This document shows positions 51,801-61,130 of a stretch of DNA of 64,000 nucleotides, piece by piece. The position numbers were made by a program, and so were the translations under genes. Numbering within the stretch: the stretch's first letter is position 1; each line of letters begins with the position of its first letter. Under the pieces are notes generated by a model. It did not search any database and was not told the DNA's origin. It worked only from the letters and a program-made list of their open reading frames with translations. The stretch comes from Amoebophrya sp. A120 (taxonomy: Eukaryota > Protista > Dinoflagellata), in the NCBI GenBank assembly GCA_905178155.1, contig CAJINV010000003.1:2831715-2895714 (forward strand), in the 5' to 3' direction.

Positions 51801-52555
51801 GGGTCCTCGGATATCACTTTTTGCAGCTCTTTCTGCCACCGGGCGGCCATCTTCGCTCCGACCGTGCCTGCAAAGCCCTCCAAGGAGGAGATGACGCGCT
51901 TTTCCTCGTGACGTTGGAATACGTGTGCTGCGCCCGGCACGAGCTGCTCTTCGTGATAAGTAGACCGCTCTGCGTTCAAAGTGTCACCCGGCGTGTTGAA
52001 ACGAAAAATCCTTGTCAGTTTCGCGAGTCGGCCTGCCAGCGCTTCAGGGTCCGGTACGACGACACCGCCGGCGCTGTCGTCGAGATGCTGCATCGAGGAC
52101 GTTCCTGCCCCGAGGACGGGTGTACTAGAAGTTGTGATGCTACTGCTGTGGTCGGCCAACACAACGTCTTGTGGCAACAAAAGCACATCTTCCCCTGGTG
52201 CCGGGCACGCCTCCGCAAACGCGTTTTCTGCCAGTTCGTCGTCGTGGTGGCGCCAGTAGAACCGCGAGTATTCCCACCATTCGAGATATTTTTCGGAGAC
52301 CAGCGTGGCAAAAAGCTGGTAGTTTCGGACGATTTTTGCACTGGTAATGCCGAACACCATGGCGTAGGGCGACCGGTCGAAGCAATCCACGCCCGCGATC
52401 TGCACGTAGTCCAGCGCCGCCTCGCGGAACGCCTGCGTCAGCAGCGAATGCTCCGGGCCGAGCTGCATGCGGCTGCACCGCACGGCATTCGCCGCCAGGT
52501 CCGCCGGGCAAGTCGCGTCTTCGCGGTAGCTCCGCGTCGTGAAAGGCGCGCCCAT
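48869..52555 (-). CDS. GT31/Fringe-family glycosyltransferase, core-1 beta-1,3-galactosyltransferase-like, with long insertions; probable additional 5' exon at ~52855-53274
   Basis: Ordered motifs LLCAL, AILDTWG..CDEIYFF, KVLHMFQFV, WTCRLERDTWFFPNNVRRLV, DGGPGVCLSGGAL, EDKFLNACL, RDEFGRDKF, PVSF. Confidence 0.75.
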   Translation of the reverse strand: MGAPFTTRSYREDATCPADLAANAVRCSRMQLGPEHSLLTQAFREAALDYVQIAGVDCFDRSPYAMVFGITSAKIVRNYQLFATLVSEKYLEWWEYSRFYWRHHDDELAENAFAEACPAPGEDVLLLPQDVVLADHSSSITTSSTPVLGAGTSSMQHLDDSAGGVVVPDPEALAGRLAKLTRIFRFNTPGDTLNAERSTYHEEQLVPGAAHVFQRHEEKRVISSLEGFAGTVGAKMAARWQKELQKVISEDPGTSRRRMDDVELSPLPVFESALLQEQLEGIIEDGEDEAEKTTAGATSDDKERDIVDTASAAPSPNLMSIAFPEDEVDEEDSATFRRLLTDLQRVVSSSISGVDKAEKTDSVEVLHEVDIKALRLAQTIVEEVEKAASAYVNTLQIVTDSELERQAQERSKHPPLPQVRQPAPIMNRQDDHPGSSTPEEPTAPSAFQVKNTTSTEHDPEQSVVKSQNVKLLCALPLVWPAEADFRRAILDTWGGREHVAGSCDEIYFFVALPDDFCSHYCAERDLQVRSSFADTVAELEKRIITSVPEEEEHDRSEQSEDAEDVNQHQSVVGQKIKPSRGSLLTDPKFLLDLLLGRKSVFDRGNSQQKVRDDEAARGQQIELEKEAFCRVHEDEQRTKALRQDERRSEQSQREGASDINLHDEQQQSRPGTSRGAASCLPFGVFDLRQTFPGISPDRSEYTYKYSDANFSFTSKHLTDQDKNTVAKVLHMFQFVHRGLRTEIESKGRARLQHFLRLLFPCQFRKNDQHEGGSSLSKTAGLQQPASEKQGHSESDRGVEVDNTAAAREELQTRSLAEDAGVAISNLRIDTILASAPSSHEPDRFWWEDEEERLMLLERQENVTDASHGYNDLTRPSAVASRGDAASAGESRPGAAAEGEGDESDTTTARSRQNRGNAEPESQGTTNDEEPEIVSQFWTCRLERDTWFFPNNVRRLVRDLDVTDWSYNLGIAHLYELWDGRRPWNDGGPGVCLSGGALDRLAKFLWKMDHHVTNHLAHFKALPMLDSEQCQPYAKGFREDKFLNACLTEALIFPDIFSRTTAISGSIATTKEVEVEVATSSDGAKDEAATPQDSPFEVNGPDVKRRSGVVRDEFGRDKFVIVPWAKYYSTELPVQNPMRAWIHRESASWNYFKGRTAQFLHCSGFAGRMPRLIFSNFPVSFNSFKELPWFYEMNAYLMNTFNATTTSNSKSTSLAAAVIRDQAPDTFVK

Positions 52556-53928
52556 CGTGGCATCGAACTGAATGCGGGCTGGAAAATATCAGCATGAAAA
52601 AATCCCCCTCCATCCTCGTGTTTTCCTCATGATACTCCTTTGGTCCTCTACTAGAGTACGTAGGTGCAAGAGAATCTTCCAATCGGATTCGTCGAACTAC
52701 ACTGATACATGATCCACAAGGGAACTAAACGCAGTCGTGCGCTCCACCTAGGTAGCTGCACCGCTGCACACGTTTGCTGTACTAGGAATATTAAGTTCGT
52801 CTTGCCCGTGGATGCTGCACAAACGAACGGGATGCGGGCGTTTCACTTTGATAGGCATCCCTGGAAGTCCTCTGGCCGCAGAGTGGCATCAGCGTCTGCC
52901 TGCAGCTCGTCCGCGGACTTTTCAAAGCGCGAAGGAGGCAGGTGCCACTGCCAGCGCAGAAAGATTTCGTACAAGGTTTGATCCCCACAGTAGCACTCGC
53001 GCCCGGCCTCCAACGGCGACGGAAAGGCCTCGCTGGCGTCCGGCACGCCCGACGCTTCGTTGACTTCATAGAGCGCAAGAACGACAACGCGCGGTGCCGG
53101 AGCAGTGTGGTCAGCATGGTACTCGAACAAACTGATAAACAACGGGCAGAGGGCTAAACGGCGTACCAACCCAAAAGTGACGGAAGCGAAAAGATGAAGT
53201 TGGGCACCGACAACAAATGACATTGGTGTGATTCTCGTCCTGTGTAGCAGCGCCGAGACTTTTGCGATTGGCAAACACTGTCATCCTCAGAAGATTTCAT
53301 GATCCCACTTGTTTTCGTCGCGTTCACACGACAAAGCCAAAAAAGTCCTGCAAGCTTTTCGCTTCGCTTTTGATCAAGAGAATACTTTGCGTGACAAAGA
53401 CAATGAGAGTGAGCGACACGAACTATTACAAGAAGATCCGATGATTCCAATATCTTCGTGTAGTTGAATTGGTCCGGCTCCGGCTGCCAATGCTAGCCGT
53501 CACTGGCACAATGAAATGTAAAAAAAAAGCTAGGGAAAGGGAATTGAAATTGAACATCCAGACCAGTCAGGGGCAGACGCAGTCGCCGATCTGCGGCTGT
53601 GAAGGACAAAAAACAGTAGTGACTCGCATCCGTCTCTCCGCAACGGAAACAAGATTGACAGCTACAAAGATGAAGCTGCTCCTGTCAACGTGCAATTAGC
53701 AAGAAGATCTTTCGACCACGGCTACAACAAACTTTGGTTTGCAGTGTTATCCTCTCCTGCGCAATCGAGCATGGTTCTTTTTGTACGAGCTCGCGTCATG
53801 TTGTACTCACCGGTATGTGTTTGACGGGAATGGGAATGTCAACGCGGATAAACCCCTCTGAGACGAATGGGAATAATGAGGGCAACCAACGCTTTATCTT
53901 GACAAAAGTTAAATGATGTTCCGACTCT

Positions 53929-56900
53929 TCAGACCATGTCAGCGGACGATCTTTCATGATTCGGTGCGAGCGACTCGTCGGCAACGCCATCGGCGATCGC
54001 TAAAGTTGTTTGTTCCGCCGAAAGAGTATTGCTAGATCCCTGAAGAGAACCTATGTGAGGCGCCGCGCCGCTCATACCGCGCTTAATCCGGGGAATTTTC
54101 GCCGGGGTCGTGCTGTGAAAATGAGGTTCTGCATCGTTGCTGATAAGGGAGCCGATGTGCGGCGCTGAGCCGCTCATGCCACGCTTCATCCGGGGAATCT
54201 TTGCGGACGTGGTGTGAAAGAAGGAGGTTTCCTTTATGAGAGTGAAAAACAGCTGGAGAAAAAAGTCGTGTCTTGTCTCATTCGAGATACAACCTTGCTC
54301 AATCTCTGGCCCCTGTGCCGGAGTGTTTCTGCTTCTGCTAGTACTTTACTTACTTAGACATAATGCACATGCACATTTAGGACAAGGTGAAACTCGGACA
54401 CGGAGACAGACACGATCTCTCTCCTACGCGTGAAGGGTTACGCTTCGTAGCCAGCAGCTGAGCATCGGCGAGCGCAGCGGCGTCTTCGTCCTTCATCGCA
54501 TTTGACGCTCTACGTCCCTGCAGATTGTCACTTCGAATTGCTAGTTTGTGTGGCTGCTGGGCGCCAGGCTGTTTTAGTGCGTTCGCAGCTGTATCGGAGT
54601 TGCTATCCGGAGGATTGCTGGAGGCGTCTATGAAAATGTCGGTGATATCTGCTTCTCCCTCGCCCGTCATCTTTTTCCCCTCCGCGTCCCCCTCGTCCTC
54701 CTCGAACACCGCCCGATCCTTATCTTTAATCGCGAGCTCCACCTTCTGCCCGAACTGCGGCTCTGCCTCCCCACCCTGCTTTTCGTCGTAGTTGTCAGCC
54801 TCCACCTGGGACGATCGTTGGTAGTAAACTTTGCCGACGCCTGCAATCAGCAAGCACGCGATGACGATGACAATTATGATGAGACCACCGCCTGACGAAT
54901 CTTCCTCGTCCCCGCCGGAGCTATCAATCTGCATTTCGATGGTGGCTGGTCCCAAGAATCCCGCGCCTGCCTGCTGCAGGATCTCTATGGTGTGCACTAT
55001 CAAACCGGGCATGCGTGCAGTCAAATCGGGCGCCATGTATTCCACAACCGTTGTCGAGTTGGAAACCCGGTTCACTATGAAATCGCGCATGGCGGGGTCC
55101 GGCACGATCAACTCGGAGGTCACGCGCAGATGCTGCCGCGTCGACAGGCTCCGCTTCCGCGGGCTGCTGCTCCCTACCACCTGCACTACCGAGACGCCCA
55201 CAATGTTGGAGAGTTGAATCCCCAGCGCGACCGACGTGGCGCCCTTCCACGCGTTTGCAAAGGCCCCACTGGAAGTCAAGTCCGTCGTGTGCGAGAAGTT
55301 ACCCGAAAGCACGAACAGTGCGTAACTTATCGCCGTGGTCGTCGTGGTGGTGGTAGTACTTGTAGAAGTCTCTGGGTCCGTACTAGTCGTACCACCCGTC
55401 GCACTACTTCCACTTCCACCTGCTGTGGAGCCGCCTGCGGCCGAAGCGCCGCTGGTTGTAGTACTAGATCCAGTTCCTGTTGCGGAGGACCCGCTAGTGC
55501 CGCCAGTTGTGCCGGATCCACCTGTAGTTGCAGAACCGCTACCGCCGCTACTGCTGGACGACCCGCCAGTTGCACTAGACGAGCCGCTCGTCCCGCCAGT
55601 TGTGCTAGCGCCGCCCGTCGTCGAGCCGCTGCCCCCGGTGGTCGTGGCTGATCCACCTGTTGAGCCGCTTCCGCCCGTTGCGCCAGTGGAAGCCGCGGCT
55701 GTCGTAGTGGTAGACGTACTAGTGGTAGTGCTCGTTGTTGTTGAGGTGGTGGTGGTTGTGCTGGAAATCGTTGTAGTCGTAGTGGTCGTCGTCGTGACAA
55801 TTTCGTACACCCAGATGCCACAGAAGCAAATATCCGCCCCCGCTCGACTGAGGCGTATTTTCTTGACGAGACTGTCCACCGGCACCCAAACCCCAGACGT
55901 GGACATCGCCGGCGCCGCGTTGGTGGTTACCACTTCACTCGTGTCGCCAACTTGGGCGACGCCGGTGTAGATCACCTCCCCCCCGTTGGCGCCGTTCAGA
56001 TTGGTCAGGCATCCGTTGCCCCCGTGCCCGAAGATCATGAAGCCGGTCACGTTGTGATACCCGCCGTCTTTGAACTCGGACTCCCACCAAGCCTTGCCGG
56101 AGCCATCCTGCGTGATGTAGTTGCACCCCGTGGCCGAGGTGAACACCGTCCAGTCGTACTCTTCGCGGACCACCAGTGGCTTCGCCGGGTAGTCACCCGC
56201 CTGGTTGGTACCGGAGTAACTGGTCGTCACGCTCGCGTAGGGGATTAATGTGTAGGACGGCAAGATCGAGCTGTCCAACGAATTTATCGTGCAGGCACTC
56301 ATGCTGTAGAACATATGGTCCCGCGGTAACTCGGTGGTCCGCTCGCAGCCTTCTTGGAACAGCGCACATTCGCCGGTGACGATCCGCCTCGTGAAAGCAG
56401 CACACCCCGTGGTTTCCGCACACAGGTATCGGCACTCGGCAATGGAGTAACTTCGGTCGTTGTAGATCGTCCCGGCGCCAATCTGCTTACTGTACCAGTT
56501 CGCGCAGGTACCCTGCCATTGCTGGTTGCAGCTGTCGATGCGCGGCACTTTCCCCGCGTTGCGGCACTTGGCGCTGTTTTCCGCCATGCTCCACTGCATG
56601 TGGTTGAAAGCAGAAACGTCTTGCGTACACCCCTCCCTGAAGTACGAAGGATTTGTCGAATGTCCGTGGCGAGACACCGATTTGCAGTTCGTCCCGTAGC
56701 CGCGGCCCCGGCAAAAGAGGTCCAGGTCCGTGACCCGGTTGTTCAGCAGGGTTGCAGACTGGTCCACGGTTGTGATCCCAGACGTGATTTGCAGCGTGTC
56801 GCGCTGCATGCACCACCCACTCCAGACCGCGGGACACACGCGCCCCTCCAGGCTGCACGCGGCAAGGTTGTAGCCTTGCATGCTCGCGCTCTGACTGCTG

Positions 56901-59329
56901 TCAACCGTACAACCACTGCGCTTCAGCTCGCAGTACCCGGTGGTCGTTGTTAAAAAAAACGCGGCGCACCCCTCGCTCGTCGCGCAGAGGTATCGGCACT
57001 CGGCGACCGTGTAGAGCCGGTCCCGGTACACGGCGACCGTTTGCGCCGCGCTTGTTGTTCCGCCGGGCGGGGTACACCCGCCGTTGAACGCCGCGGAGAA
57101 CGAGCTCACGACGGGCGCCTGGTGCCGGTCGATGCAGAGGTCCAGGTTCCTTGCGATTTGGAATTGCACGCTGTTCAGATTGTTCGCGGTGGAACTGCTC
57201 GCCGTACTACATGCGGCCGAGTGCAGGAGGCAGGTGCCCTTCGACGCGTTGTCTTCCATATTAAAATTGAAGGACGCACAGCCGGAGGTACTGCGGCAAT
57301 GGGCGTCGCACTGCGCGATCGTGACACTGCTGTACGTGGAGCCTACACGGTGCGTCGCTTCGGAGTCGCACGTGCCCGGCCACGCCGCAACACACACGGG
57401 CGACACCAAGTGCGCGATCGAAGCAGGCATGACGGCGCCGGGCGTCGAGGTAGTCGTGGTCGTGGTAGTTTCGTACACCCAGATACCGCAAAAGCACATC
57501 GTGCTTGCGGTCGAGCTGATCCGGATGCTGCGCAAATTTTGGTTCACCGTAACCCAGGTCCCAGTCCCGGAAATGGAGCTCGGGGCACTCACAGTGGTGG
57601 TTGTATCGCCGGTGTAGATGAACTGCCCCGAGCTGGTAAGCCCCGTGTTGCAGGTCGCCCCACCCGCGGTGTTCTGAAAAATCATGAACCCCGTGACATA
57701 GTGGAGAGCATTGTCGGTGAACGTTGCTTGCCACCAGGCTTTGCCTGTTCCGTCTTGCGAGTACGTACTGCAAACTCCGATGCCTGACACATAGGTCGCA
57801 CCAGCGTAATCCGTGAAATCGGACTCCTGGCGCAGGAGCGAGTAGTGGCTCGTCGAGCCCGACGATGCGGTCGGGGTCAAACCAGTTGGAGACACAAACG
57901 CGCCTGACGTGCCCTCGCTCTTGAGGTTGCACGTACTCATGGTGTAGGCCGAGTAGTCGGAGTTCGATGTGTCCGCCGTGCAGCCTGCCTTGTACAGATA
58001 GCACCACCCGTTTGACGCCTGCACGATAAAGGTGCCGCACTCCGGAGTTTCCGAACACAGGTAGCGACACTCCGCGGCGGTGTGAACCCGGCCGTTGTAG
58101 ACCGCGGTGTAACCCACGGTGTACAAATCCTTGGATCCGTCGGAGTTTCCGCCGCAGACGCTTGTAAACTGCACCGGGCAGCTGGTTCCGTCCACGCGCG
58201 GCACCCACCGCTTACACTTGCGCGTGTTCAGCTGCAGGTCGTACTTCATGTACGAATTCGAGGTGCTGGGCTGCCAAACACAGCCCGATTGGTAGAAGGT
58301 GCCGACCCCGCCCCCCGCACGGTCCTTCAGCAGTGCACTGCAACTGCGGTGGTATCCTCGGCCTCGGCAGAACAAATCATAGTCGGTGAGGTACGTGTCC
58401 CAGGTACTGCTGGACTGGTAAACCCGGGTTACGCTATGAGTGTCAAACTCACTGTTATTTTCGCACGTCCCCTGGCCGCTGGACGGGCACACCTGGCCGA
58501 CCAGCTTGCACTGGCTGAGGCTGTAGCCCTTTAAAGTCGCGGACGCGCTATTGTCCACGGTGCACGTGTCTTTGAACAGCAGGCAGTGCCCCGACGTGGC
58601 GTCCGAGCCCGCGGCGGTGTAGCCCCAGACAAACTGGGTGCACTTTTCCGTCATGGCGCAGAGGTACCGGCACTCGTCTTTGTGGTAGTAGCGATCCACG
58701 TAGTTGTACAGGTTCTTGGTGTCGTACCCGCTACTGCCGCAGGTCGCCATGATGTGCGCGCACTCCGTATCCGGATTGCGCAGTTGCGGAACCTCGTAGG
58801 ACTCCGCGCACTGGGCCAGGTTGCGCTCGATGCTGTAGGCTTGCAGCCGCTTCACCACGTTCGCGACGGTGTCGTGCGGCTTGTCCCCGAAAGCGGGATT
58901 CCGGTCCTGGCACCCCGTCCGGTAGAACGTGCAGGACATGGGACTGTCGTCCTTGTTCATCACGTAGTGGGTGCACCCCGCGGTGTTGCGGCACTCTTGG
59001 TCGCACGTCTTGATCGTATTCCCCGCGTTGTTGTTCACATGGATGCGCTTACTGCTCTCATCACTGCCGCACCACCCCAAACTGGTCCCGAAAGCGTAGC
59101 CCGACCACTCCGCAAGGCACAGCGGGTTCTTCAGGTGCTGCAGGTTCGTGTACGCACCCGGCTGAGAGGTCGTCACCAGGTAAGGACTCCCGAAGACAGG
59201 GTCCACTAGTAGCGAGCTCTTCAAAACAATTAATAGAGCCAACCACGACAAAGAACCAATTCCGGTTTGTTTCCCTGCGCAAAAAAGCGTTAATATCAGC
59301 CGACAAACGATCAACATCGCTTCTGTCAT
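53929..59329 (-). CDS. Type I membrane adhesin-like protein (~1734 aa): signal region, multiple PAN/apple domains, two galactose-binding/F-type-lectin-like domains, Thr/Ser/Gly stalk, TM helix, cytoplasmic tail; exons 59329-54428, 54231-53929
   Basis: Repeated C-x3-C-x5-C-x2-F/Y...C-x-L modules (ECRYLC x4); two KAWW...VTGFMIF...CFCGIWVYE domains, each followed by poly-Thr; TM LIIIVIVIACLLIAGVG; a phase-0 GT-AG intron adds the last exon in frame. Confidence 0.85.
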
Positions 59330-61130
59330 CGGGGAAGAACGGCGATGGTGATACAGGCAATGGAAAAATTATCGCCGGCGAGTCTCGCTTTTTAGGAGAT
59401 GTCAAATCATTGAGTACTCAGGAGAAACAGAAACTGGTAAAGCTTCACAAAAGATGCGTAGCACTTGCAAGATTCCAGTTGAATGATCAAAGTGAAAAGA
59501 ATTCTTGCAAGCTACATACTAAATACTGCCGGCACCGAGCGCTGCTTCCCAACATATCCTCGCTTGGCAAGTCAACGTCAGCGCGACCTCGGGTAGTGGT
59601 AGAAAAGAAGCAACACTAGAAAGTAAAAAGATAAATATGAAAAAATAGGTATGGATATTTCTTCATCATACTGTTTGATATTGGGGTCCTGTGTTGCGCC
59701 GTAGGAGGTGGTATGAAAACTTTCGTGTGATAGATTCAGATTGACGGTCGGTGACACAAGGGTGCTAGTAATCATGACGTCACCACTTAGATCACCACAG
59801 ATAAACCGAACCCGATGTGGCATTTTTTGCACCGACACATGCATAGTTTATGAGAATGAGTAGCATAACCACTTCATACAGCGAAAGACTAGCGAGGGCG
59901 ATGAGCTTGCTTTCATTTCTACTTCATGTTCACGATAGCGATGGACCACAGGGTGACCTATGCTCAACCGAATGCGCTTTCGTGCATGATGTCATAGAAT
60001 GTCGGGACCGAAGGGAAAACCCAAACGACAAGCGGAAAAATGCGATGCACTTGCACGGATACCGAAAAGCGTATGGAGTGTGGGAGTGTCGCATCATCAG
60101 CATGAGATCAACGCTTCAAATTGTGTTGGGCTAACAACACGACACTGCTGTACTGCTATGTTCAGGGGCTGCACCGGTCAACAGCTGCAACCGATGAAGA
60201 AAAGCTGCAACCGAAGTGAAGATTTGGTCAAGGCCACAAGAAAGATTGCCCTGAAAAAAATACTTATTCCTTCTTGTCTTTCACCTCTACAAACTACATT
60301 GGTGGCCGGCATCCGGTCACTTTACTCGCCATCAAGTGGCAGCGCCATCGATGGTCCGGGCATCCATTTGCGATTCTGAAATTCATTATATTCAATTCAT
60401 TATTGGCAAAATTGGAAGTCCGATACATTCGCGAAGTCTCGGGCGCGCTTGGATCTACGACTCTGTTCCATTCTCGCGATTTTTTAGGTGGATTTCTTTA
60501 CAACTTACGTTACCTGCACTACCACACTAAAATGAGATCGTATCGAGGTCAATGCAAACAGAGCTTCTTGCTTGCCTTGGCTATGTTGCAAGTCTGCGCA
60601 CGGTGCAGTCTTTACGCATTCATAGCCGAGGGCGTAGAAAGATGACGGCGCATTCTTACTACTTGTCTAGGTTTTACATCAAATACCTTCAGCAAAAAGG
60701 TCATGTATGTAATAAACAGAAACAAATAGTACGCGAGCAGCTACGTCCCATCATTAGCAAAGATCTTATTTCTCGTCTTCCATATTGATTTCTATATATT
60801 CTTGCAGCATATCAACAGTCTCGTATCTTCAGGTCGTAGTTGTATTTCTGTCTGGACACTTTACCAAATTACCACCAATCTCTTCCATAAATCGTTTATT
60901 CAACAATTGCCAATCAGTCAGAGTCTTCGATTATATACAAGGGTGCTCGGGCCCTGTCCGCCTCCGCACACTAGCAAGTTTGGGTTTGCAAAAAAATAAA
61001 ATATCGGTGCGTGATATAAATACTGACACATCTGTCATCCGAATCTTCACGATCATTTTTCAAGAAAGGAAGACGCCTGCCACTTGATGTGACCCTTCAA
61101 TTTCCATCCCTCGAGTCACATCTCTCTTTT

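Noticed and set aside
52561-52853. Possible decayed element upstream of the GT31 ORF (CATCGAACTGAA ... TTCACTTTGATA, with ggcat on both sides)
   Set aside because: The left TAT is missing and the element-plus-5 rule does not join the most protein-like frames, so it was not counted.
1508-59209. Long plus-strand ORFs (e.g. 1508..2383, 26184..27053, 51821..52597, 55335..55970, 57041..57787)
   Set aside because: They overlap better-supported minus-strand genes and show no domain motifs; antisense shadows of GC-rich coding DNA.
59400-61100. Short ORFs on both strands between the adhesin and the 61131 gene
   Set aside because: No motif, coding signal or consistent exon chain that I can support.
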